From Octopus vulgaris (lineage: Eukaryota), in contig OX597817.1 of NCBI GenBank assembly GCA_951406725.2, positions 143,096,001-143,160,000 on the forward strand: a DNA stretch of 64,000 nt. Direction: 5' to 3'. The position numbers were made by a program, and so were the translations under genes. Positions within the stretch are counted from its first letter, which is position 1. Each line of letters starts with the position of its first letter. The notes beneath the pieces are model-generated. The model made no database searches. It had not been told where the DNA came from and saw only the letters and a list, made by a program, of their open reading frames with translations. Shown here piece by piece: positions 40,600 to 53,132 of the stretch.

Positions 40600-40715
40600 G
40601 TCATTCTTCAGTTTTAATTCAAGAATTCTTGCCAATAGAGAATGAACCGGTTTCTAACCTAGATCCAAGGCTCCTTCATTGGAATATCAACATCAACAAC
40701 AGGACATTTTTGCTT
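40600..40715 (-). mobile_element. Isolated 3' tail of an R4/Dong LINE in (TACA)n
   Basis: Matches 59472-59575 (TTGCCAATAGAGAA.GAACCGGTTTCTA..CTAGATCCAAGG). Confidence 0.8.
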
Positions 40716-40928
40716 GTATGTACGTACGTATGTATATATGTATGTATGTATTATGTATGTATGTATGTATGTATGTATGTATGTATGTATGTATGTATGC
40801 ATGCATGTATGTATGTTTATATGTATGTATGTATGTATGCATGTGTGTATGTATGTATGTATGCATGTATGTATGTATGTATGTATGCATGCATGTATGT
40901 ATGTATGTATGTATGTATGCATGTATTA

Positions 40929-40987
<59 letters not shown>

Positions 40988-41032
40988 GTATGTATCTTTG
41001 CATGCATGCATCTATACATATATATATATGTA

Positions 41033-41069
<37 letters not shown>

Positions 41070-41538
41070 AAATTGGTTGGGGCATTTGAATTATAACGTC
41101 GGATGTAATCAATTGAACCACACGCGTATTTATCGTTATGGTAAAATCTGGCGTGTGATTGAGTGGATTTCATCCAGATAGTCTTGGCTGACGAGCTACA
41201 AATGGATTTTTTGTAAGTAAAATTACATTTTATTCATTAATAGCGAAACAATTGTCCCAAAATAATCTGTATTTTTGTTATTTTTTATTTGCCCTGTCCG
41301 TGTGAGCTAACAATCGTACTGACTTTCATGGGAAACATGTATTTTCGTGGTTGAAACCTTTTGGATTAACTGGTGCTAGAGTGAGCAATATAGTGACCAC
41401 TCTCTTATATTTATTTTGTAAAAATATTATAATATGTTATAAAATATTATAATAATCCAGGTTTCTCGGAGCACTAGGCCACTTGGTGTTGAATAAATAT
41501 ACTATTAAATTAGTATCTAATTCTCTCACCCTTATTAA

Positions 41539-41597
<59 letters not shown>

Positions 41598-41831
41598 TGT
41601 ATGTATGTATGTATGTATGTATGTATGCCTGTAAATATGTCGCCACTCGGAGATAATTGTTACTGTTTAGATGACGACGGGGAGCGGAAGCGTGAAACTG
41701 TTTGTCGTAAAGAATGAAAAATGGAAGTCTCTACTTCGAATAAATATACAGACAATACTGTATGTATTGAACGCCATGCTTTTTTCTGACGTCTATAAAT
41801 CCAAGCATAGATACACACGAACACACGTACA

Positions 41832-41927
<96 letters not shown>

Positions 41928-42216
41928 TATATTTATACACACATATATATATAAATATATACACACACATATATATATATACATAACTTATATACACATA
42001 TACACATATATATACATATATATGTATGTATGTATGTAAACACACACGTACATATATATACACATATGTGTGTGTTGCTGAGTACATGTGTGTAAATATG
42101 TATGCTTTTGCCTACACACGTATATGTGTGTGTATGTATTATATATGTATGTGCAAGTATGTTTATGTATGTATATATGTGTGTGTATAAAATATATATA
42201 TGCATAAATATATACT

Positions 42217-42263
<47 letters not shown>

Positions 42264-42692
42264 ATGTATATACACATACAAATACACATGCATATTCATA
42301 GGTATATATGTATGCGTGCGCGCACGCATGTGTGTGTGTGTGTGTGTGATAGAGTTGTAGATTTATCTCTACATAATTTGCCACTTCAGGGCAAATGTCG
42401 ATGAAGTCGAAGCCAAGATGTCGACATGGCTGCTGTTATCCGGTTGATTTGCTGCGTGCGTATGTGCGTGTACGTGTGCGTGTGAGTGTGTGTGTGTGTG
42501 TGTATGTGTGGTTGAGAGAGGGAGGGAGATAAGGAGAGTGAGAGCGAGAGCGAAAGCGATACAAAACGAGAGAGTGCTGAGAGAAGGAGGGAGGGTGAGT
42601 GTGTGCTTGATAGAAGCAATTTCATTGAGAAGCAGAGGGAGAGAACGCTTGTGTTGTATGTGTGTGTATGTATGTGTGTGTCTTTCTTTCTC

Positions 42693-42778
<86 letters not shown>

Positions 42779-43437
42779 AGAGTGTGCGTGATAGAGACAG
42801 AGAGATGACAAAAATAATCGAAAGAGTAAGAGGGAAAGAAAGTATCAAAGAAAGAGAGAGAGAGAAAGTGAGCGAATGAGATAAAGGTGCGAGGGCGTTG
42901 CATGAGAGATATAAAGGAATGGAGAAGCAAAAGACGCGCGCAACAGCCTCTCTCTTTCACTCACTCTTTCTCTCCCCACTCTCTCCTTTCTCTCTCTCTA
43001 TTTATCTATCTATTTCTCCATCTCTCTCTCTCTATCTATCTATATCTTTGTATCATTGAGACAATAAGAGAAAGAAGAAAGAATGCTTGTTCGATTGTCT
43101 TTTTTTTTTCGGTGTGCGTGTATGGACACGTGTGTATGCGTGCCCAAGGGATGAAATGAGTACCAGTTATGCACTGAGGTCGGTGTACTCGATTTCTCTG
43201 CTCCGCCAAAATTTCAAGCCTTGTGCCTATAGTGGAAAGGATTATTAGAGTAGGTATTAATTCCTTCCTTCAATTTCTTACTTTCTCTCCCTCTCTCTCT
43301 CCCTCTCTCTCTTTCTCTATCTATCTATCTATCTATCTACCTACCTATCTCTGTCTTAATCTCCATCTATCTACCTCTGTGTATTTGTGTATGTGTCTAT
43401 GGATGTTTACACACACACACACGCACGTACATACATA

Positions 43438-43664
43438 TACTCTTTTACTCTTTACTCTTTTACTTGTTTCAGTCATTTGACTGTGGCCATGCTGGTGCAC
43501 CGCCTTTAGTCGAGCAAATCGACCCAGGACTTATTCTTTGAAATTCGATCGGTCTCTTTAGCCGAACCATTAAGTTACGGGGACGTAAACATACCAGCAT
43601 CGGTTATCAAGCGACGTTAGGGGGACGAACGCAGACACACAAACATATACACACACATACATAC

Positions 43665-43736
<72 letters not shown>

Positions 43737-43862
43737 GACGGGCTTCTTTCAGTTTCCGTCTACCAAATCCACTCACAAGGCCCAAGGTGCCACACAGTGG
43801 GACTGAACCCAGAACTATGTGGTTGGTAAGCAAGCGACTTATCACACAGCCACTCCTGCGCC

Positions 43863-43863
<1 letters not shown>
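43438..43863 (-). mobile_element. SINE family A
   Basis: Full structure with (TACTCTTT)n tail. Confidence 0.88.
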
Positions 43864-43935
<72 letters not shown>

Positions 43936-44029
43936 ATAAAGGATCGTGGGAAAGGCCAAAACAATGTAAATGCAAGGTAAATCACAAGAAAACAAATAAA
44001 GGAATTAATGTAGACTTACCTTGTATTCA

Positions 44030-44825
44030 ATATTTCGGGGTTATGACACCATTTTCAAGAAATTGACGAATGTTGCCGATGTGCGTGTGTGTGACCATGT
44101 GTGGAAGTGGACATGCGCAAAAGGGTGGTGTTATAGCAACCAGCTAGCTTTCTGTAACTCTCTTCTATTTTTGACCTTAGGTTTCTTTTGGTATGAGGAT
44201 GGCCTCAGAGATTCTAAGGTTGCCCCTGTTTCCCGTGTTGCTTTGATGTACACTGTGAATTCCCGGGTCTGTCATATCCATAGATGTTTCTTCACGGAAG
44301 TGTCTGCCTGCATGTGTTCCTTAATGCGTATATGCAGTTTTTTTTTGGGGGGGGGGGTTGTGCTTCCGATGTAGGAAGCGCCACATTTTCCACAGATGAT
44401 CTCAAATACAACATAGGTCCTCTGGCACAATTCAGGATCGTTGATGGGGCAGTTCGACAATGTGCACTCCTCGAAGTAGTGAGAGGTGCTGTTCTTAGAC
44501 AGAGCTGTTCTCAAGGAAGGGCCGGTATGCACTATCTGTATGTCGAGTCCTTCTCTGCGGACTGCGTGTTTTTTATCACTGCAGCAGTTCTGTCGTCAAA
44601 GAGTTGTAGTTTTAGGAAGCACGTGCCAGACTTGGGAGTATGGATATTCTTCTGGGGGTTTATTGATCTTGATGCTTTTCAGGTGCAGCTGTTTAGCTAA
44701 ACATGGTTGGTTGCCATTCAGAGTTAGGTCTCTGAGAAACTGTTTGGTATTGACGCCTTTGTCGGTCACGTTGATGCAATTGTTGTTTATACGTGCAATC
44801 CCGTTTCTCACATATGCGGCTTTGG

Positions 44826-44826
<1 letters not shown>
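44030..44826 (-). mobile_element. Penelope-like element 3' remnant (GIY-YIG endonuclease)
   Basis: VVFEIICGKCGASYIGSTT..LHIRIKEH in ORF 44272-44532; abuts (TA)n. Confidence 0.82.
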
Positions 44827-44901
<75 letters not shown>

Positions 44902-45173
44902 GTTAGAGGTATTAAGCCCTCTAAGGGACAGAAGTATTCAGAGGCATTCCTGGTAATTACCTCAGTAAGTATGATCCTTGATATAAGGTATAAGGCGGCA
45001 GGTAATATAAAAAGGTAAACTGTAGTTTAATGTATACATCGACGATGAGAAAATGGAGGAAAAACAACAAATAGAAGTGTCTTTGGTGCTAAGAAGCCTT
45101 GCTTAACTAATTAAATAATGGCTTTTTAGCACCAAAGATACACTTCTATTTGTTGCTTTTCCTCTATTTTCTT

Positions 45174-45235
<62 letters not shown>

Positions 45236-45241
45236 CGTCTT

Positions 45242-45303
<62 letters not shown>

Positions 45304-45307
45304 AATC

Positions 45308-45341
<34 letters not shown>

Positions 45342-45492
45342 GATTTACAAATTTCGAGGTACATGCAATAATTTGTTTCAAGCGGTGGGACTCGAAGCAG
45401 ATAAATCTATAAACAGTAGTATATAAATTTTGGATTTAAAAAACTTTGGAGACAGAAAGTCAATGGCTGCCCGTAGGACGCAAACTTTAATA

Positions 45493-45730
45493 ACCCTTTC
45501 TACTAAAGGCGCAAAACCTGAAATTTGGGGGTGGGCGTGGCTAGTCAATTACTTCGATCCCAGTACTTAATTTATCACTGGTACTTAATTTACCAGTACT
45601 AAATATATTCACTGGTACTTTATTTCGAACCTGAAAAGATGAACGGCAAAGTTGATATCGGCGGAATTTGAACTCAGAAAGTAATGCATTTCGCTTCGGC
45701 GTGCATACGATGCTGCCAACTCGTCGCCTT
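45493..45730 (-). mobile_element. SINE family B variant
   Basis: GGCGGAATTTGAACTCAG body, CTCGTCGCCTT head. Confidence 0.72.
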
Positions 45731-46437
45731 GGAGAACGCTTTAATAATAATGAGACCGTTTATTGAGGCAATTGTAACGTGAAAAGAAAATTCAACCGTT
45801 TCGTTTCAAAACGAAAATAGCAATTCACATATCATTTTTGTAAAGGCATTAAACTTTTCGTCACACAAACATGACCTGCTCGCTGACACAATTTCACTGC
45901 AACTATTTGAAATTTAATTAAAAGTTAGATCTTACAGCCTCGGAGTCATATTTTTTCTTTCTTTCAAGTTGAACTCACAGATATAAAACTCAGTCGTATT
46001 CATATTGATTAACTTTTAAACTCTTCTCATCGGTTATCGATAGGTCATCGTTTAGCACTTCCCGCTTCTATTCTTTTGTCTGTTTACAACATTATAAACA
46101 TCTGTATCATCTTTTCACTCTTCTTAAACGTTAGTTTTGAATTAATGCATGCGAGACTCGCTATGAATAAACATAAGTTATTCTCGTACATATCTCTTTT
46201 GAGCTACAAGTCTATAGAAAAATAGGTTCCTGCAATGTAAATTGAATTTTATTATAAACGTGTTGATAAAAAAAAAACATGGTAAAGGAACAAATGCTAA
46301 TCGAGAAATAATATCGATAAAATTATATGTACCACTTTAAAAGCCTATGATTGTATGTGCATACGCATACACACACACACACTAACGCACGCACACACAC
46401 ACACACACGCAATCACGCACACATATTCTATTCTATT

Positions 46438-46797
46438 ATTCTTTTATTCTTTTATCCTTTTTCTTGTTTCAGTCATTTTGACTGCGGTTATGCTGAAGTA
46501 CCGCCTTCAGTCGAAAAAATCGACCAAAGGACTTATTCTTTGTAAACCTAGTACTTATTCTATCGGGTCACTTTGTGCCGAACCGCTAGATTTACGCGGA
46601 CTTAAACACACCAGCATCAGTTTACAAGCGATGGTTGGGGAACAAACACACAGACACACACACATACACAAATATATATATATATTGGCCTGCTCGCTTA
46701 GCCAGCGGGGTGGCGTCATTTGAGGGCTACAGCAATGCGAAGCGCATTGTGACCAGCGATGTGTAGCAACATCTGATAGTCTGGTCGATCACGTGAT

Positions 46798-46853
<56 letters not shown>

Positions 46854-47003
46854 GATGGGATTCTTTTTGTTTCCGCCTACCAATCCACTCGCAAGGCTTT
46901 GGTCGGCCCGAGGCTAAAATAGAAAACTCTTGCCCAAGGTGCAATGCAGTGAGATTAAACCCGAAACCATGTGGTTGGGAAGCAAGCTACTTACCACACA
47001 GCC

Positions 47004-47004
<1 letters not shown>
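46438..47004 (-). mobile_element. SINE family A with an insertion (46685-46805) in its (TA)n linker
   Basis: Tail at 46438-46660 and head at 46852-47004 are separated by (TA)n, the insert and (TA)n. Confidence 0.8.
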
Positions 47005-47073
<69 letters not shown>

Positions 47074-47442
47074 GCATATAACTTTTATTGTTTTTATATA
47101 TTAGCTTTCACTTGTTTCAGTCATTAGATTGCGGCCTTGCTGGGGCACCGCCTTGAAGAATTTTAGTCAAATGAATCGACTGTATTTCTTTCTCTTTTTC
47201 TTTGAGTGTGGTACTTATTCTATCGAGCTCTCCTGCCGAACCGTTAAGTTGCGGGTATGTTCAAACACACTAACACAGATTTACAAGCGATTGTGGGACA
47301 CAAACCCCGACACAAACATGCACACATACACACACACACACGCGCACATACACACACATATGGTTTGTTTTGATTCTCTGTGTTTAGTGCCTATCCGGTG
47401 TTTGGCGACGTCGGAAGCACTGATACGTAAATGTCGAACGAC

Positions 47443-47715
47443 GAGAATGAGTGTTCAATACTGCATTGGTGGATAAAATTTCTTTATTCTTGTATTAAGG
47501 TTACCATTGGTCTCATGTTTAAAAAAAGTTATACTAATATTTTAACAATTTTTCAAGCCGATCTGCAATGATGTAACGTCTCCAAAATGGAGACAAACCC
47601 AATGTGATCAGTTTCAAAAATTAAGAAATTAAAATATTTTCTTAACAGAAAACCACAGGTAGCCTTAATACGCAAGAAATTTTATCCACCAATGTGGTGT
47701 TGATCACTCATTCTC
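47443..47715. mobile_element. MITE-like element with TIRs of about 42 bp
   Basis: GAGAATGAGTG..CATTGGTGGATAAAATTTCTT / AAGAAATTTTATCCACCAATG..CACTCATTCTC; no clear TSD. Confidence 0.65.
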
Positions 47716-47722
47716 ATGGTTT

Positions 47723-47758
<36 letters not shown>

Positions 47759-48499
47759 AAATAAAATGAGACAACAAAGCCAAGACTGTGTGGAATTTTC
47801 AGGACATTTATAAAGACTCGCTATGTGTGTGTGTATGCGTAGGCGACGAGTTGGCAGCATCGTATGCACGCCGGGGCGAAATGCATTACATTTTAGTCTT
47901 ACAGCTGTTTCTGGGTATCGACTGGCCAACACAATCCTCTTAAAATTTCTGGCCTTGAGCCTTAATTGGGGAAATGGATTTTGTTTTAATCGTTAGAAAG
48001 CTGGAACAAATAATTTGCAGTATTTGATTCTGAGTTCAAATCCTGTCGAGGTCAACTTAGCCTATCATTTTGAAACAGACAAAATAAAAGATCAGTCAAG
48101 TTCTAGGGTTCATTTAATCACCTAAGCCCTCCACTCAAATCTCTAGCGTTCTGCCCGTGATATGTTGGATAAGCCGCTCATAGCAAAGTCGGTAATATTG
48201 TATTCAGACACGGACATTTGCGTTCTGTGTTCGAAGATCGCCAGGGTTGCTTGGCATTTCATCATTTAATACTGGGATCCGATTAACCTTTCGATGACAT
48301 CCCGCCCCAAACATTTCTTCACTTTGTATGAATTATTTTGGTGTATGAGAGGTAGGGGCACTTGAGAGGAAGAACTGCTAGCCATCGCTGTCACACAAGT
48401 CCTACTGCATTTTATTTTAACACTCTACATTCGAAGTTCAAATCTGGCTGAAAACAACTTTGCTGCTCATGGCTTTTGGATCGATAAATATAAAGTGGT

Positions 48500-48659
48500 T
48501 CATTATTTACATTATTTACATTTGACTGTTTGTTGTCCTCATCTTGTTTGTTGTTAACACAACGTTTTGGCTGGTATACCCTCCAGCCTTCATCAGGTGT
48601 CGTGGGGAAATTTCGAACCTGGGTTCTCATTCCTAAACTATTTTTCGATGTTATTGTTG

Positions 48660-48660
<1 letters not shown>
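48500..48660 (-). mobile_element. PLE terminal repeat with hammerhead motif
   Basis: - strand ACAC-CTGATGA-A-GGCTGG..CCAGCC-AAAA-CGTT-GTGT; the GAAA box is mutated. Confidence 0.75.
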
Positions 48661-48708
<48 letters not shown>

Positions 48709-49041
48709 GCAGGTGTCACTGCCTGGAATCGAACTCGGAATCTTGGGGTTAGTAGCCCGCGCTCTTAACCACTATGCCACGAGTATATGGCGTAGTGGTT
48801 AAGAGTGCGGGCTACTAACTTGTTGGCCAACACTGACACAGCTTTTAATCTGTCAGGAGTCACCATTATTCAATTTAGCCAATCAGAAATAGGCGTGGCG
48901 AAATGTGTAACTACTTATACGGAATGAATAAATTTCAACCGGAAACAAAGTGAGAGTTTTTGTTGTTGTTGTTGTTGTTGTTGTTGTTTTCATCTTATAT
49001 ATATATGCGCGTATGTGTGTGTATCTGTGTATGTTAGTGTG

Positions 49042-49094
<53 letters not shown>

Positions 49095-49132
49095 AGATAG
49101 ATAGAGAGAGAGAGAGAGAAAGAGAGACAGCC

Positions 49133-49201
<69 letters not shown>

Positions 49202-49897
49202 TACACATACACGTGTATGCATATATGTATGTGTGATTTATATATGTGTGTGTGTGCGCGCGCGTCTGTGTGTCTATATATGTATGTAGGTGTGTGTATG
49301 CGTGTATGTGTACATATGTATGTGTGTGTGTATGTATATATGTACAGGTAGAAGATAAATAGATAGATACACCCACAAACATACACAAAAACACACACAA
49401 GTTCACATCAACACATACACACACATATACACACACAAACACACACACACACACACAAATACGCTCGTATATGTAAGCTTAGTGGTTGTATCCGTCTGAA
49501 AGCCTTCCATTTCCCTCCAATTTCTCCTCCTGGCTCCTTCCAATAATATGGCAGCGACCAAAAAAATTAATGGAATAAAACACTTCTATATCAAAGAATT
49601 ATCGAACACGCCATCCGTCTCGATCTATTTTGATTAAGTAAGTGCTATAATCGTGTTAGGAACCAGATGGTGACATATTTTGTTTGGGATTTATATTAGT
49701 TAGTACACACGCACACGCACACGCACACACACGTCCATATACAAACGCGCAAACGCGTAAACATACGAGTAACGTACAGCATCCATACATGCACACGCAC
49801 ACGTACACACAGAATCTACGTATATATATACACACACACGCGCGCGCGGAGATGATTGTGTGTGTATATATGCGTTCGTACTCGTCTATGTGTATAC

Positions 49898-49934
<37 letters not shown>

Positions 49935-50030
49935 TGTATATATATATATATATATTCCCAACCATACATATAGCAACATATATACATTATATAATATGCA
50001 AATATATATTTAGATACAGTTGTTGTTATT

Positions 50031-50099
<69 letters not shown>

Positions 50100-50477
50100 C
50101 TGCTGCTGGTGTGGGTGGTGATGGTGTTGGCAGTGGTAGTGGTGCTGGTGCTGGTGGTGGTTTCACGTCGCAGTTGACACGAACATTGGAACTAACAACA
50201 TTTACAATAAACCATCGATTAATTGGAATTTTGACAACTCTTTACGTATTTCACTATATGATAGTATTGAGTGGAGCTTGACCGGAAATATCACGAATGC
50301 GCATGCTTCAACGACTCGTGACGTTATGCGAAATACAAACGATGGTATTTGGATCCCCGTGGGACCCAAAATTCGTTTATATAGTCTGAGAAAGGGTTGA
50401 AGGTGAATATCACCATAAAATATTTTTATTTTGTAAGGTCTTAGTGCACGTTGTTTTTATTTAATGTAACATGTCCT

Positions 50478-50689
50478 TCTTTTACCGGTTACAGTCATTT
50501 GACTGCGGCCATGCTGGAGCACCGCCTTTAGTCGAACAAATCGACCCCAGCATTTATTCTTTGTAAGCCTAGAACTCATTCTCTAGGTCTCTTTAGCCGA
50601 GCCACTAAGTTACAGGGATGTAAACACACCAGTATCGGTTGTCAAGCGATGGTGGGGGATAAACGCAGACACACAAACATATACATACA

Positions 50690-50750
<61 letters not shown>

Positions 50751-51128
50751 CAACATGTGACCTCGTGAGCACCGCCAGCAATTTTTTTCCCTCTGTCTTC
50801 CCTTCTCGGGATCTTTCCTTCTCCTTTGTTTCCGACGAAGAGCTCCGCTCGAGACGTTAAACCCTCCTTCTTCCCTTCTTTCCTGAGCGTCCAATAATAC
50901 TTTATTTGTTCCACGTCCTCGCGTTGCTGTTTCTTTGTGTTTTCTTGTTTGGATTAACTATATATATATATATACGACGGGCTTCGTTCAGTTTCAGTCT
51001 ACCAAATTCACTTACAAGGGTTTGGTAAGCCCGAGGCTTTAGTAGAAGATACTTAACCCAGGTGCCAAGCAGTGGGACTGAACCCGGAACCATGTGGTTG
51101 CAAAGCAAGCTTCTTACCGCATAGCCAC
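50478..51128 (-). mobile_element. SINE family A carrying a PLE-like fragment (50750-50960) in its (TA)n linker
   Basis: Insert contains GTTT-CCGACGA-A-GAGC.TCC.GCTC-GAGA-CGTT-AAAC, a hammerhead-like motif on the + strand. Confidence 0.8.
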
Positions 51129-51399
51129 ATGTTTTGTTGGGGTTTTTTTTTTACGGAAAGGGTTCAATTTTTGATCGGTTGTAATTTTGATGATGTCTTT
51201 TTTGTTGTGTCCATTTCTTGTTTGCCACAATCAAGAAACAAATTCTGATTGGTTGTAGGTATCGTGACGTCACTTTATTTTGATCAAAAATATTTTCCGT
51301 TTTGGATTTGTTTTGGTAAAGTTCAGCGTTCTGCTTGGTTGACTTCCTGATAGGGATCTCGGTTATTTGTTTTTGCCTGATGGTCAGCTAGCGTTCTGG

Positions 51400-52945
51400 G
51401 GTTAAACTAAAGCGTTAAACCCGGTCAAAAAAAACAAAAAAAAAATTGTGTAATAGGTGTAAAACAACTTCCTCTAAACGAATATGAAAAAAAAATGCGC
51501 GCACGCGAAAGGGGAGTGGGGGAGAGGCCTCGGAAAATTCACATCGGGAATTTCCGAAAGCGTCTGAGGGGCTGACCCGGGCACCAAAACAAAAAAAATG
51601 GTGTAATATGTGTAAAACAACTTGCTCTAAACGAATATGACAAAAGAAATGCGCACTCGCGAAAGGGGGGTGGGGGAGAGGCCTCGGAAAATTTACATCG
51701 GGAATTTCCGAAAGCGTCTGACCCGGGCACAAAAACAAAAAAGAAATAGTGTAATAGGTGTAAAACAACTTGCTCTAAACGAATATGATGAAAAAAATGC
51801 AAACGTACATTTATATTATTCTTTAATAAAATGATCTGCTTACGTTTTTATTTTCATTTTATTATTTTTACTGGAACTTAATACAATCATACAGTATAGT
51901 ATAACCTATTGTAGCCGACTGAATAAACAACTGAATAAATGCTTATCTGAAATGGAGAAAATACTTATAAACTTTATCAGGCCAAATAAAATTCGGTAAA
52001 AACGACTAAGCAAAGAGAAAGACGAATCCATATATGCATTGTCAATTGATTTATATATAGTTAGATTATGACACACATTTTGATTCACATGGCGGAGATC
52101 CAACATTTCTTCACTTTTTCCAGAATTTCTTCTCTTTCTTTTTTTTTTTGCGAAATACATACAAAAATACGGAGTTTATGATTCATGTGTGAGTGTGTGT
52201 TCTTGATAATCGTTTAGAACAAGTACGCTATTTTTTTCTTAGTTTAAAGGGCGTGGACTGAAGATGTGAAATTTCCGAGGCCTCTCCCCCACCCCCCTTT
52301 CGCGAGGGCGCATTTTTTTCATCATATTCGTTTAGAGCAAGTTGTTTTACACCTATTACACTATTTCTGCGAGCTGGCAGAAACGTTAGCGCGCCGGGCG
52401 AAATGCTAAGCGGTATTTCGTCTGTCGTTACGTTTTGAGTTCAAATTCCGCCGAGGTCGACTTTACCTTTCATCCTTTCGGGGTCGATAAATAAAGTACC
52501 AGTTTCGCACTGGGGTCGATGTAATCGGCTTAATCCCTTTGTCTGTCCTTGTTTGTCCCCTCTATGTTTAGCCCCTTGTGGGTAGTGAAAAAAAAAAAAA
52601 AATTTCTTTTTTGTTTTTGTGCCCGGGTCAGACGCTTTCGGAAATTCCCGATGTAAATTTTCCGAGGCCTCTCCCCACCCCTTTCGCGAGTGTGCATTTC
52701 TTTTGTCATATTCGTTTAGAGCAAGTTGTTTTACACATATTACACCATTTTTTTTTGTTTTGGTGCCCGGGTCAGCCCCTCAGACGCTTTCGGAAATTCC
52801 CGATGTGAATTTTCCGAGGCCTCTCCCCCACTCCCCTTTCGCGTGCGCGCATTTTTTTTCATATTCGTTTAGAGGAAGTTGTTTTACACCTATTACACAA
52901 ATTTTTTTGTTTTTCTTTGACCGGGTTTAACGCTTTAGTTTAACC
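51400..52945. mobile_element. Foldback-type non-autonomous DNA transposon with 8-bp TSD (Merlin-like termini)
   Basis: TSD CGTTCTGG at 51392-51399 and 52946-52953. Termini GGTTAAACTAAAGCG / CGCTTTAGTTTAACC. Arms of about 400 bp are built from subrepeats of about 150 bp. Confidence 0.85.
52369..52602 (+). mobile_element. Young SINE family B inserted in the right foldback arm
   Basis: The mirror arm (51720-51760) shows the empty site CACTATTTCTTTTTTG; TSD ATTTCT; A-tail present. Confidence 0.93.
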
Positions 52946-53132
52946 CGTTCTGGTTGCTTGCTTCACTTAAGCGAACCTTAGAAATGAGAACCCAGGTTCC
53001 AAATTTCCCCAAATTTGTTTTGATTTTCTGAGAGTCCAGTCCTGACCAAAGAAAAATCACATTGGTTTGGTCTGAAGTGACCTCACCTGAACTAACATCT
53101 AATGACCGAAATAAGTAAAAGAAAGAAGATAT

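Noticed and set aside
50270-51360. Promoter-like motifs (CCGGAA, TGCGCATGC, TGACGTCA, ATTGG)
   Set aside because: Short motifs with no identifiable gene or TSS; not supportable without expression data.
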